Positions 1 through 9,939 of a DNA stretch of 64,000 nt are shown here, piece by piece (the first letter of the stretch is position 1; each line of letters starts with the position of its first letter). Origin of the DNA: Candidatus Nomurabacteria bacterium (lineage in GTDB: Bacteria; Patescibacteriota; Minisyncoccia; Phycocordibacterales; CAIJYI01). The stretch is from the NCBI GenBank assembly GCA_943356445.1, contig CALREZ010000001.1:15818-79817 (forward strand), in the 5' to 3' direction. Made by a program: the position numbers and the translations under genes. The notes beneath the pieces were generated by a model. That model ran no database searches. It saw only the letters and a program-made list of their open reading frames with translations, and was not told the origin of the DNA.

Positions 1-405
1 AAATATCGCGTGCCACGCGTAGTGCGTGTACACTTTTAATTTGCGGGAATGTTTTGTATTCGCGCCGACATACAAGTTGGAAAGAAAAAGCGGTTTTGGC
101 GCATTTTTCGCATGAGCGAGCGCGTCTTGCCAAACCATTTCAAAAAGTTTGCTTTCAAAGGGTTGGTTTAGTTTAACTCCCCAATTGATATGCTCGTCAT
201 ATTTTGAACCTGTTACGAAATATCTCGCATCTTGCGACCGTCCGGTTCTTTCTCCTGTCATGACGCGGATGGCGCCATGTCTGGTGTATCTCGCCTGTGT
301 GACCCCCTCGGTTTCAAATCGGAGGCAGTGACCGGAGAGTTCATTTCTCCCGAGACTTACAGTGGATACATCTTCAATCTGGTGATATGAATGGTTTTCT
401 GACAT
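1..405 (-). CDS. pckA: Phosphoenolpyruvate carboxykinase (ATP), N-terminal part, truncated by window edge
   Basis: Manual translation from ATG at 405, open to base 1: MSENHSY...GAIRVMTGERTGRSQDARYFV...INWG...NQPF...LYVGAN...VYTHYAWHAIF. This matches the PckA TGxxTGRS and AWHxxF motifs. Not in the ORF track because there is no stop in the window. Confidence 0.8.
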   Translation of the reverse strand, partial: MSENHSYHQIEDVSTVSLGRNELSGHCLRFETEGVTQARYTRHGAIRVMTGERTGRSQDARYFVTGSKYDEHINWGVKLNQPFESKLFEMVWQDALAHAKNAPKPLFLSNLYVGANTKHSRKLKVYTHYAWHAIF

Positions 406-580
406 CTTTTCATCTCCTGTTTGTTTTTCAGTTATCTTGTAAAAGTACAAGGCTAGGGGAGAGCATAACACATTTTGAAGAAAACGCAAGAGTTTGGGCT
501 CTTTTCGGGAAATGCACAGGCCGAGAAAAAAGTCATGGAAAATGAGCTCAAAAAGGGGTATACTATAATTCTTACGAGTT

Positions 581-1660
581 ATGAAAATCATTATTCTTCT
601 TAGTCAATTTACTCCTACGGATGTCAACAAACATCTCTTGGATGATGTTCTTTTTTTAAGGAAGCAAGGCATTGACGCGAGGATCCTGACTCTGTTTCCG
701 GAGGTTCCCGAAAAAACTCTTTACCGCGAATCTTTGTTTGCAAAAGAAAATTTTTCTTGCGTTTCTTTCGGCCGTAAATGGGATCCGAGAGAATGGAAAA
801 AACTCATCGCCCGCTTGTCGGAAGAACACCCTGACCTTATTATCGTCGGAGGAAAGCCCAAGATGCTGGGAATTCTTTGCGCTCGTTTGTCTCACGTTCC
901 GAACCTTTTTGTCTTTGCCTACGATGAAGAGACTATCCGATCATCCCGGTCATTTTTTGGCGGTATTTTTGATTATCTTGCCAATTTCTTTATTGTCGCT
1001 TCTGACGTGACGAAAGAACAAATCCTCTCCCAGTGGCTTTCTCCTTCAAAAGTTGCGGTTATTCCCGCAGGAATTCCTTTTGACGACTACGGGAAACCGC
1101 CCGAACGGAACATCTTCAGTCAATTCGGTTTTGGAGACAATGAATTTATTTTTCTTTTTACCGGAGACCTCGTTCCTGAAAAAGGAGCGGATGTTCTTCT
1201 GCGGGCTTTTTCAAAGGTGCCGGAAGGGAAGCTTGTTATTGTCGGAGATGGCGCTGAAAAAGAAGGCCTTCAATCTCTTTCAGATAATTTGAATCTAAAA
1301 GAACGAGTGCTCTTTTTGAATGAGGATGGAAACATTCCGGAACTTTTGATGAGGGCGGGGGCTGTCGTTTTTCCTTCCAAGAAAGAAGAACCGCTCTCTG
1401 TTTTTGTCCCGGCTCTTATCTCTGGAGTCCCGGTTATCTCATCTGATTTTTTGGGGATAGAAGAAATGATTCGAAATGGAGAAAATGGAATCATCGTAAG
1501 GAAACAGGATTCCGACGATTTGGCAAAAGCCATGAATGCTTTGGTGTTGAATCCTAAAATGTTTGCGGCTCATCAAAAAGACGTGGAGAAAAAATTGGAG
1601 AATTTTTCCGTTTCTTCTCATTGCGCAAAATTGCTTTCTCTCGTTAAAACAAACAAATAA
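581..1660 (+). CDS. GT4-family glycosyltransferase (divergent)
   Basis: GT-B C-domain pattern FTGDLVPEKG, IVGDG, SGVPVISSD, GENG; donor-binding motifs are degenerate. Confidence 0.75.
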   Translation: MKIIILLSQFTPTDVNKHLLDDVLFLRKQGIDARILTLFPEVPEKTLYRESLFAKENFSCVSFGRKWDPREWKKLIARLSEEHPDLIIVGGKPKMLGILCARLSHVPNLFVFAYDEETIRSSRSFFGGIFDYLANFFIVASDVTKEQILSQWLSPSKVAVIPAGIPFDDYGKPPERNIFSQFGFGDNEFIFLFTGDLVPEKGADVLLRAFSKVPEGKLVIVGDGAEKEGLQSLSDNLNLKERVLFLNEDGNIPELLMRAGAVVFPSKKEEPLSVFVPALISGVPVISSDFLGIEEMIRNGENGIIVRKQDSDDLAKAMNALVLNPKMFAAHQKDVEKKLENFSVSSHCAKLLSLVKTNK

Positions 1661-1668
1661 ATTATTAT

Positions 1669-2802
1669 ATGAAACATAAAATTTGTTACGTTCTCCCGGA
1701 GTATAAAGAGGCTCTCGCCACTCACTTTTCCTACATTGAGCGGTTGCTCTGCGAGGCAAGCAAAGAACTTGATATTTTTCTGATTATAGAAAAAGGCAAT
1801 GTGCCGAGGGGTAATTTGGGATGTTCAAAGATAAAAACGATCGGCTCTTCCAACTTTTTTCTTCGTTCTGTAAAATCAAAATTTTGGCTCCTATACGCCC
1901 GTTTTTACGGATACTGCGATTATTATGTGCATTATTCTTTTCTTTCCGCCATTTCCGCGTCTTTGATTGTAAAACTTTTCGGAGGCAGGGTTTTTTACTG
2001 GAACTGCGGAGAGCCGTGGAAGTATAAACGTTCGTTCCTCCGCGAAAGATTTGAACGGTGGACATATCGCCTCGTTACATTCGTCGTTACCGGTACGGAA
2101 CATCTTGCGGACGAATATGCCAAACACTATCATATTCCGCGCGAAAAGATATTGGTGATGCCGAATTGGATAGACGTGGAAAGATTTGAAGAAGAACCGG
2201 ACAAGAGGGAACTCAGAAAAGAATTGGATCTTCCCGCTGATAAAAAAATAATCCTTTTTGCGCATCGTCTTTCTTTAAGAAAAGGTTCCAGAATGATTCT
2301 TCCCGTAGCAAGAGATCTTCTCTCCGTGAGAAACGATATCTTTTTTGCGGTTGTCGGGACCGGCCCGGACGAGGAAAAGCTTCGCTCGCGTTCGCAGGGA
2401 ACGGAAGCTCTGCGTCATACCGTTCGTCTTTTCGGGGCCGTCCCCAACCGCGAGATCCAAAAGTATTTTGCCGCATCGGATGTCTTTTTTATGCCGTCTC
2501 AAGAAGAAGGATTTCCCCGCGTCGTCCTTGAAGCTATGGCATCAGGAATCCCGATGGTTGCTTCTGATGTCGGTTCCGTCTCCGAGATCGTTCCCGTTTC
2601 CATGAAGCCGTTTGTCGTACATCCGAACGATACTTCCGGGTTTGTTAAAACGCTCAACATGGTTCTTTCTCAGAATTCCGAGCAGAGGCAAAAACAACAA
2701 AAAGAACTCAAAGAAAGGGCGCGAGAATTTGCCACCGGTACGGTCGTTAAAAAATTCGTTAAGCTCTTTGCACACAAAGAGGGAAGACCTTGCGGGCACT
2801 AA
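1669..2802 (+). CDS. GT4-family glycosyltransferase
   Basis: HRLSLRKG, EGFPRVVLEAMASGIPMVASDVG (EX7E motif). Confidence 0.9.
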   Translation: MKHKICYVLPEYKEALATHFSYIERLLCEASKELDIFLIIEKGNVPRGNLGCSKIKTIGSSNFFLRSVKSKFWLLYARFYGYCDYYVHYSFLSAISASLIVKLFGGRVFYWNCGEPWKYKRSFLRERFERWTYRLVTFVVTGTEHLADEYAKHYHIPREKILVMPNWIDVERFEEEPDKRELRKELDLPADKKIILFAHRLSLRKGSRMILPVARDLLSVRNDIFFAVVGTGPDEEKLRSRSQGTEALRHTVRLFGAVPNREIQKYFAASDVFFMPSQEEGFPRVVLEAMASGIPMVASDVGSVSEIVPVSMKPFVVHPNDTSGFVKTLNMVLSQNSEQRQKQQKELKERAREFATGTVVKKFVKLFAHKEGRPCGH

Positions 2803-2813
2803 ACACTTTTAAT

Positions 2814-3491
2814 ATGGAAAAAAACAGCGTAAAAGAATTTGAAGATGCTCGGTGGAGCGGGACAGACCAAACCCCCGTTTTTCGGCATGCAGAAGCCCTC
2901 AGAATGGTTTCAAAAGGACAAAAGGTCTTAGACATCGGCTGCGGAGATGGTCTTCTTTTGGAGGCTATGGTGAAGAAAGGCGTCATCGTTTCGGGTGTTG
3001 ATATCTCCGAGGAGGGGGTTAAGAAATGCCGAGCAAAAGGGCTTGAGGCTTCCGTCGCTAATGCCTCCCACGAAAAGCTCCCTTTTCAAGATCATTCCGT
3101 TGATACGGTTACTCTGCTTGATATTCTTGAACATGTGTATTCTCCGGAGGTTCTTTTGAAAGAAGCCGTCCGCGTTTCAAGAAAGAATGTTATTATAAGC
3201 GTCCCGAATTTCAATTCCTTGCCGGCGCGCATTCAGGTTCTTCTCGGTCGCGTACCCGAAAATAATCGTCCTCATAAAGGCCACCTGTATTGGTTTAACT
3301 ATTGCGTCCTGTTAAAACTTCTGAAGAAAAGCAATCTTCGCGTAGAAGAAGTGAGCTGCAATACTTTTTGGGAGAACGTTCCCGTCATCGGTTTCATGAT
3401 GAAAGGGCTTTGCCGGCTTTTTCCTTCTCTCTTTGCTTTGTCCTTCGTTGTGAAAGCGAGTACTATAATTTCCGACAAAAATGAGTCATAA
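2814..3491 (+). CDS. Class I SAM-dependent methyltransferase (MetW-like)
   Basis: VLDIGCGDG motif I, LEH, SVPNF; ATG at 2814 preferred over the TTG overlapping the upstream gene. Confidence 0.85.
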   Translation: MEKNSVKEFEDARWSGTDQTPVFRHAEALRMVSKGQKVLDIGCGDGLLLEAMVKKGVIVSGVDISEEGVKKCRAKGLEASVANASHEKLPFQDHSVDTVTLLDILEHVYSPEVLLKEAVRVSRKNVIISVPNFNSLPARIQVLLGRVPENNRPHKGHLYWFNYCVLLKLLKKSNLRVEEVSCNTFWENVPVIGFMMKGLCRLFPSLFALSFVVKASTIISDKNES

Positions 3492-4632
3492 ACCTTTAAA
3501 TATCCTCGTCATCAACTGCGACTGGCGGAATCTTTTTGAAAAAGATTTTGACGAACTTCTCAAAAAAATGGATCGGTGTCTTATGCGCACCGAGCTCAAT
3601 AATTTTTTCTTTTTTTCATGGTCGGATAAAAGTTATGAAAAGCGCCAAGGCGAACGTTTCTTTTCCGTGCATAAAAAAACGATGTGGCAGAAATTCCGTC
3701 CGATGTTTGATCTCATTTCCGTTTTTGCTATTCCTCATATCTTAAAAAAACATCCGTTCCGTCCCGACGTTATTTTAGTCTACGATCTCGGTTTTCTGCC
3801 TGCGGCAAAAGCGGTAAAGAAACGCTTCGGAGGAAAGATTGTTTTATGTCTTATCAACAGGCCGGAAGAACTTGCCCGAACAAGAAAGTTTGCTGCCGTG
3901 AAAGCATCGTATTCTTTGCTTGGAGAAAAGTTTTTTATTCATTCTGCCGACATCGCTTACACTATCAATTCTTCCATGAAGCGGTACATTGAATCCCTTG
4001 GTTTTCCTCCTGATCGGATAAAAATCTTTTCATGCGATACCATTCGTCGAGATATTCCTTTTATTGAAAATTCCGTTCGCGGAACCGTAAGGCGGCAATA
4101 CGACATTTCTCCCGAGAAAAAGATTTTCCTCTCCGTGGGGAGATTGGAAGCCGAAAAAGATTTTCCTCGGCTTTTTGAAATACTTTCTCACCTGGATGAA
4201 AAATATCTGCTTATTATCCTCGGAAGCGGAAGCCTTCTCCCTGATTTTCAAAAGAGAGTAAAAGAACTGGGTATTGAAAATCGGGTTATTTTCGCCGGAC
4301 CGATAGAAAGAAAAGACCTTTGGAATTATTACCTGGATGCCGATATCTTTATGCTGCTATCCAAATCGGAAGCGCTTGGGCTGGTTTTTTGGGAGGCCAT
4401 GTATATGAATGTTCCGGTTATTGGCAGTATGGCGACCGGTATTTTGGAGACTATCGGGGGCGGTGGAGAGAGAGGTTTTTTGGTGGGGGAAAAAGATGAT
4501 ATACTGAGCATTGCTGAAAAAATAGACTTATGTCTTGCCGGTGGCGAGAAAATAGAAGAAATGAAAAAAAGAGCGCGGGAATACGTAGAAGTGCAAATGA
4601 AAAATACTCTATCCATTAACGATATCCTCTAA
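3481..4632 (+). CDS. GT4-family glycosyltransferase
   Basis: SVGRLEAEKD, EALGLVFWEAM. Confidence 0.9.
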   Translation: MSHKPLNILVINCDWRNLFEKDFDELLKKMDRCLMRTELNNFFFFSWSDKSYEKRQGERFFSVHKKTMWQKFRPMFDLISVFAIPHILKKHPFRPDVILVYDLGFLPAAKAVKKRFGGKIVLCLINRPEELARTRKFAAVKASYSLLGEKFFIHSADIAYTINSSMKRYIESLGFPPDRIKIFSCDTIRRDIPFIENSVRGTVRRQYDISPEKKIFLSVGRLEAEKDFPRLFEILSHLDEKYLLIILGSGSLLPDFQKRVKELGIENRVIFAGPIERKDLWNYYLDADIFMLLSKSEALGLVFWEAMYMNVPVIGSMATGILETIGGGGERGFLVGEKDDILSIAEKIDLCLAGGEKIEEMKKRAREYVEVQMKNTLSINDIL

Positions 4633-4636
4633 TTTT

Positions 4637-5377
4637 ATGCTTTTTACTCTCAAAAATATCGCCTCTAAATATAAATTTACCCCTAAAGGGATTATTCATC
4701 TCGGAGCTCATATCGGTCAGGAAGCGGAAGATTATTCTTTCGTAAAACATGTTTTGTGGATAGAAGGAAATCCTGACATTATGCCGGAGCTGGAAAAGAA
4801 CATAAGCAAATATCCGGGACAAATCGCTTTTCGGGCTCTTGTTTCCGATGTTGACGGCGAGGATGTGGATTTTCAGGTTACGAGCAACGGACAGTCTTCC
4901 TCCATGTTTGCTTTGGATAAAATGAAAACACTGTTTCCTGGTGTCGTTGTCTCCGAAAAGCTCGCACTTAAAACAAAACGATTAGATACTCTTTTCAAGG
5001 AAAAACATCTTGATCCGAAACAGTATGATTTTTTGATTATTGATGTGCAGGGTGCGGAGCTGAAAGCTATAGAAGGAATGGGAAAAATTCTGGAGAGTAT
5101 TGAGTGGCTTTGTGTTGAAGTAAATCTTGTAAAGTTTTACCATGGCACGCCTCTTATGCACGCGGTTGATTCTTATTTGGCAAAAAAAGGATTCAGAAGG
5201 ATTGAAACTAATCTGAAACCACGCCAGTGGGGAGATGCTCTGTATCATCGCGAAAAAATGACCAAGTGCGAGCTCCGAAAAACTCTTCTCAAAGACTATC
5301 TTTTGGAGGCAAAAATCCTTTTTTTCTTCAAACTTCGGTTTTTACGATTTTTAAGAAAGTATTTGAAACGCGGATAA
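4637..5377 (+). CDS. FkbM-family methyltransferase
   Basis: IHLGAHIGQE, IDVQGAEL, EVN, WGDALY. Confidence 0.9.
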   Translation: MLFTLKNIASKYKFTPKGIIHLGAHIGQEAEDYSFVKHVLWIEGNPDIMPELEKNISKYPGQIAFRALVSDVDGEDVDFQVTSNGQSSSMFALDKMKTLFPGVVVSEKLALKTKRLDTLFKEKHLDPKQYDFLIIDVQGAELKAIEGMGKILESIEWLCVEVNLVKFYHGTPLMHAVDSYLAKKGFRRIETNLKPRQWGDALYHREKMTKCELRKTLLKDYLLEAKILFFFKLRFLRFLRKYLKRG

Positions 5378-5382
5378 CCTTT

Positions 5383-6465
5383 ATGTCGGATAAGAAATCA
5401 CCAACCGAATTGATTCATGAAAAGAAAGTTCTCTGTCTTTTTAACCGTGTCAGGGAGGGTTCTTTGGAACGAATAGCGAAAGGAAACGAAAGCGATAATG
5501 CTTATTTCGGCATGCTCCGTCTAAAACATTTCGGCTATTCGGCGGAATACTTGGAGATTGAACAATTTTTTTCTCCCGGTGCTTGCCGATTCTTGCGAAA
5601 ATATGTTTTGAACATTCATTTCGCGCATGCTCCGCTTTTTAGAAAAATTTTATCATACGATATTGTTTTTACTTCCACGGCGTTTGGAACATTCCTTCTG
5701 TGGGTTTTGTATCCGTTCAAAAAACCGAAATGGGTCATGTTTGATTTCAATCTGCTTGGTATCATCGGAGACAAGAAAACTTTGAAACAAAAAATATTTT
5801 CTTTCCTCGTTTCCCGTTCTTCCGGAATCGTGACTATCTCTCGCGAAGGAGCGGAAGAAATAAAAAAAGCATTTCCGAAGCTGAAAGATAAAACGCAGTT
5901 TATTCCGCTCGGGACGGATACGGTATGGTTTGCGCCTCAAAACATTCAAGAGGAAGATCTTATTTTTTCTCCGGGAAGAGACCCTGGCCGTGATTATAAA
6001 ACTTTTTTTGAAGCGGTAAGAGACCTTTCCGTTTCGGTAATCATTACCGCCAGACCTCAAAAATTGAAAAAATACTCATTACCTGAAAAGGTAAAAACAT
6101 CCGATCTCACAGCCAAAGAAATGGTTGAAATGTACGCAAAAGCGAAAATTGTTGTTTTGCCGCTGCATATTTCCGATGAATACTATAACGCCATGGGCTG
6201 TTCTACTCTTGTGGAAGCAATGGCTATGGGGAAGGCCGTGATTGCGACTCGTTCGGCGACAATGGAATCTTACATACGAGACGGAGAAAACGGTATCTTA
6301 GTGCCGCAGAACGATGCTATCGCTCTTCGCAATGCCATAAACGAACTTCTTTCTGACTCGGACAAGAGAAAACGTCTCGGGGAAAATGTCAGAAAATTTG
6401 CCGTTGAATACTGCGAAGCGGAAAAATTCGCAAAAAATCTCACTGACTTTTTTGAAAAAATATGA
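5383..6465 (+). CDS. GT4-family glycosyltransferase
   Basis: GRDPGRDY, GCSTLVEAMAMGKAVIAT, DGENGILV; start at ATG 5383. Confidence 0.88.
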   Translation: MSDKKSPTELIHEKKVLCLFNRVREGSLERIAKGNESDNAYFGMLRLKHFGYSAEYLEIEQFFSPGACRFLRKYVLNIHFAHAPLFRKILSYDIVFTSTAFGTFLLWVLYPFKKPKWVMFDFNLLGIIGDKKTLKQKIFSFLVSRSSGIVTISREGAEEIKKAFPKLKDKTQFIPLGTDTVWFAPQNIQEEDLIFSPGRDPGRDYKTFFEAVRDLSVSVIITARPQKLKKYSLPEKVKTSDLTAKEMVEMYAKAKIVVLPLHISDEYYNAMGCSTLVEAMAMGKAVIATRSATMESYIRDGENGILVPQNDAIALRNAINELLSDSDKRKRLGENVRKFAVEYCEAEKFAKNLTDFFEKI

Positions 6466-6860
6466 AGAAATTATTACACCAACACCAGTCAGTCATAAAG
6501 TTTTTAGCAACGGGTATTTTTGTCTTTTTGTTCAACTTGGTCGTCCTTTCTTTGTTTACCGAAGCGTTTAAAATATGGTACCTCGTTTCCTCTGTTGTTT
6601 CCTATGCGCTTTCCGTTGTTTTAAATTTTACGCTTCAGAAATTTTGGGTGTTTGAAAACTCCTCAAACGAAAAAACAAAAAGACAATTTATTTTTTATCT
6701 TTTTGTTTCGTGTACTTGCTTGATTCTTAATACTTTCTTTATGTATTTATTGGTGGATTATGCAAGAATACATTATCTGATTTCTCAGGCATTCATCACC
6801 GCAGCACTTGCCACTTTAAACTTTTTTATCAATAGAAACTTTATATTTGCTGAAAAATAA
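6462..6860 (+). CDS. GtrA-family lipid-phosphate-sugar flippase
   Basis: 132 aa, four hydrophobic segments, KFLATG...NFTLQKFWVF...NFFINRNFIF. Confidence 0.9.
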   Translation: MKKLLHQHQSVIKFLATGIFVFLFNLVVLSLFTEAFKIWYLVSSVVSYALSVVLNFTLQKFWVFENSSNEKTKRQFIFYLFVSCTCLILNTFFMYLLVDYARIHYLISQAFITAALATLNFFINRNFIFAEK

Positions 6861-6864
6861 TACT

Positions 6865-8520
6865 ATGATGACTTCAATTAACTCGTGGATAAAAACTCGC
6901 AAGAAAGATTTTGTCGCTTTATTCTTTTTTATGGTTGTCGCCGGCGGATGCGTTTTGTACGGATCCACGCTTCCTTTTTCTGTAAATGGAGATACCTATG
7001 TTTCTCTTCTCGCCAATAAAGCCTCGGCAGATATCAGTTATCCCGACCGAGCGATGATCCTGCGAAATGATTTTAAACCGTATGTCTATCCGTCCGTCCT
7101 CCAGTTCTTTAACGAGCGCTTTTCTCCGAAAGACTACACTTTTATTTTTCTTTTTTTTCTGGTTGTCGCTACCGGGTTTGCGGGGTATGTTGCTCTTAGG
7201 ATGCTCGGGTTTTCACGAACGGTTTCTTTTGCCGTATCTTTGATCGCTTTGCCTCCTCGTTCCAGTATCGGGTCGGAAATTTGGGGAGTTTTTGTTCCGG
7301 GAGATACTCTCGGGCGAACATTCGGATTGCCGGTTCTTTGGCTTTTGGCCGCATGGTACATAAAAAGAAAACATGAGAAAAAACCTCTCTGGCCTGTTTT
7401 TGCGGTTTTGGGTCTCACGACATATGTGCATCCGGTCAGCATTATTTTCTTCGGCGGAATTCTATTTTTGATTATGCTGTATCAGATAGTGACCGAGAAA
7501 AATTATACAGAAGGACTAAAGGACTTTGCAATAAGTGTTGCTATGTTCTGTACCGGGGCCTCTCTTCTTTTGCAAAGAATTTTTATCACTACCTCAAATA
7601 TCGCATCTAAACACACGGGTTTTGCTTCCGTTTCCAATACTGAATATGCGCAGGCGGTATATTCCAGGATTCGCTGGGATTTTCCGCCTGCGAGTACGGT
7701 GTGGCTGCGAGTTGTCGCTATTATCAGTTTTATGTTCGTGGCCGGAGCGATTTGGGCATATTTTCAGATCCGCGAACAGAAACCTTCCAAAGAAAATAGT
7801 TTATACAAAGAGATCTATCGTTTTGCTGTTCCTCTTATCGCTTTCTCTTCGGTTTTGTCCATCGCTCTTCCTTCTCTCCAAATTTGGCTGATGAGAGAAC
7901 ACGGCTGGCCTCTTATCCTCCAGCAGGGAAGTCGTATGTTCAAGTATTATTATTTGGGGGTCTTTCTCCTTTTTGCCGTCGCTTTGTCTGTTTTTATAAA
8001 AAAGTATTCTCCTAAAAAATATATTATCGCGCTTATCGTCGTGATAGGAATGATCAGTTCCTCTTTCGGGCTGGAATGGTTTGAGTTCTTGATAGGGTAT
8101 AAGAATTATTGCGATGGATTTATTCCCGTCGCTTTGCAAAAAAAGACTTTCGCAAAAGCGGATACAAAAATGTATCCGGAGATCTGCAAAGAAATGAAAG
8201 ACGCCGGAATCAAAAAAACAGACCTCGTTCTTTCCGGAGATTTTCCTCTGCGGTATTTTTGCGAAACAAAGCTTCTCGCGACTTTAGAGGAAGGGTCATC
8301 GTATCTTATGGCGGGCCGCTCTGAAATGGTATGGTGGTATCGGACTTTCTGGCAGCAGGACGCCGCTTTTAATAAATCCCAAGACTTGATTGATTTTGCA
8401 AAAAAGCAAAAAGCCGGTTATGCTTTGGTCACCGTTGGGTCTCCTCTTGAACAAGAGTTTAAGGAAAAGGGAATGATAAAAGAAAAGGGGACAGTCTATT
8501 CAGTCGTTAAATTCCAATAA
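6865..8520 (+). CDS. Polytopic membrane protein, probable GT-C (GtrC-like) transferase
   Basis: About 11 hydrophobic segments plus a soluble C-terminus; lies between GtrA and a polyprenol-P GT2. Family assignment is inferred from context. Confidence 0.55.
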   Translation: MMTSINSWIKTRKKDFVALFFFMVVAGGCVLYGSTLPFSVNGDTYVSLLANKASADISYPDRAMILRNDFKPYVYPSVLQFFNERFSPKDYTFIFLFFLVVATGFAGYVALRMLGFSRTVSFAVSLIALPPRSSIGSEIWGVFVPGDTLGRTFGLPVLWLLAAWYIKRKHEKKPLWPVFAVLGLTTYVHPVSIIFFGGILFLIMLYQIVTEKNYTEGLKDFAISVAMFCTGASLLLQRIFITTSNIASKHTGFASVSNTEYAQAVYSRIRWDFPPASTVWLRVVAIISFMFVAGAIWAYFQIREQKPSKENSLYKEIYRFAVPLIAFSSVLSIALPSLQIWLMREHGWPLILQQGSRMFKYYYLGVFLLFAVALSVFIKKYSPKKYIIALIVVIGMISSSFGLEWFEFLIGYKNYCDGFIPVALQKKTFAKADTKMYPEICKEMKDAGIKKTDLVLSGDFPLRYFCETKLLATLEEGSSYLMAGRSEMVWWYRTFWQQDAAFNKSQDLIDFAKKQKAGYALVTVGSPLEQEFKEKGMIKEKGTVYSVVKFQ

Positions 8521-8527
8521 AATTCGT

Positions 8528-9472
8528 ATGAAAATATCCGTAGTTATTCCCGTGTATAACGAGTCAAAAAGTCTCCCGGAACTTTTTTCGGAGATTGTTC
8601 ATATTTTGGAACGGGAGAAATCGGCTTTTGAAATTATTGCTGTGAATGATGCATCAAGAGATAATAGCTGGGAGGTGCTTAAGAAATTCGCCTCTTCCGA
8701 CGTGCGAATAAAAGCCATTAACTTCCGTTCCAATTACGGACAGACTTCAGCCATGTCGGCAGGAATAAAAAATGCCACGGGCGATGTTATTGTGCCGATA
8801 GATTCCGATCTTGAAAATGATCCTGCCGATATCCCGAAACTTTTGAAAAAAATGAGAGAGGGATATAGTGTCGTTTCCGGCTGGAGAAAAGACCGATGGG
8901 GTGATAATGCTTTTACCAGGAAGCTTCCATCTGTTTGCGCGAACTGGCTCATCTCTCATATTTCCGGAGTATATTTGCACGATTACGGTTGTACGCTCAA
9001 AGCCTATGAACGCGATATTATTGCCGAAGTGGAATTGTATGGAGAGATGCACCGATTCATCCCCGCCTATGCCGTGTGGAAAGGGGGAAAGGTCGCGGAA
9101 ATCCCGGTCAATTATCGTCCGAGAAAATATGGCGAAAGCTCTTATGGGATGTCTCGTATTTTTCGTGTTATTCCCGACCTCGTTCTTCTTAAATTTTTCA
9201 TCAAGTACATGAATCGCCCGATTCATTTTTTCGGCGGGTTGGGTTTCATTTCTTTTGCTCTCGGTCTTCTTTCAGGGGTTACCGCGATAGGATTAAAAAT
9301 CTTCGGTCTTCGTGATTTTGTTCAAACCCCGTTGCTATTATTCTCCGCGCTTTTTATTATCGTCGGAGTACAACTTGTCGTCATGGGTTTGCTTGCGGAA
9401 ATGATAATGAGAACCTATTACGAGTCGCAGGATAAAACAGCGTATTCTATAAAAGAGAAAGTTAACCTGTAA
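8528..9472 (+). CDS. Polyprenol-phosphate glycosyltransferase, GT2 (GtrB/ArnC-like)
   Basis: SVVIPVYNE, NDASRD, NYGQTSA, DSDLEND, GEMHRFIP, two C-terminal TM helices. Confidence 0.92.
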   Translation: MKISVVIPVYNESKSLPELFSEIVHILEREKSAFEIIAVNDASRDNSWEVLKKFASSDVRIKAINFRSNYGQTSAMSAGIKNATGDVIVPIDSDLENDPADIPKLLKKMREGYSVVSGWRKDRWGDNAFTRKLPSVCANWLISHISGVYLHDYGCTLKAYERDIIAEVELYGEMHRFIPAYAVWKGGKVAEIPVNYRPRKYGESSYGMSRIFRVIPDLVLLKFFIKYMNRPIHFFGGLGFISFALGLLSGVTAIGLKIFGLRDFVQTPLLLFSALFIIVGVQLVVMGLLAEMIMRTYYESQDKTAYSIKEKVNL

Positions 9473-9478
9473 GCAAAC

Positions 9479-9901
9479 GTGGAAAAAGAAAAAAGCAAAA
9501 AGGAAAAAGGGACGGACGACGGAAAAATAACTTTTTTTACTCAACTTGAAGTTTGGAAAATGGGACATAAAACTGTTCTCGATGTTTATCTTATTACCAA
9601 AAAATTTCCAAAAGAGGAAATTTTTGGAATAACTTCTCAAATGAGAAGGTGTGCCGTTTCTATCACCTCAAACATTTCAGAGGGATTTGGCCGATTTTCG
9701 TATAAAGAAAAAATACAGTTTTATGCCATTGCGCGCGGCTCAATAACAGAATTGCAAAACCAACTTCTTATTTCAAAAGATATTGGGTATATTTCAAAAT
9801 CGGAATTTGAAAGAATTGCAAAGAAAACCGTTGATACGCATAAAATGCTGCAAGGTCTTATTAAAAGTTCTCAAAAAAGGATTCAGGGCATTGGAAATTA
9901 A
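9479..9901 (+). CDS. Four-helix-bundle protein (23S rRNA IVP / bAvd-like)
   Basis: LEVWK, FPKEEIFGITSQMRRCAVSITSNISEG, ARGSITELQNQL. Confidence 0.9.
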   Translation: MEKEKSKKEKGTDDGKITFFTQLEVWKMGHKTVLDVYLITKKFPKEEIFGITSQMRRCAVSITSNISEGFGRFSYKEKIQFYAIARGSITELQNQLLISKDIGYISKSEFERIAKKTVDTHKMLQGLIKSSQKRIQGIGN

Positions 9902-9926
9902 CCTTTTTTCTTTTTGCTTTATTCTT
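9486..9926. repeat. 25-bp imperfect inverted repeat of heptamer units bracketing the four-helix-bundle gene
   Basis: 9486-9510 AAGAAAAAAGCAAAAAGGAAAAAGG vs reverse complement of 9902-9926 AAGAATAAAGCAAAAAGAAAAAAGG (23/25; one difference would be a G-U pair in RNA). Confidence 0.75.
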
Positions 9927-9939
9927 ATTGCTTAAATAT

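Noticed and set aside
9479-9901. Diversity-generating retroelement (Avd-like gene)
   Set aside because: No reverse transcriptase and no TR/VR pair with adenine-specific mismatches seen in the window.
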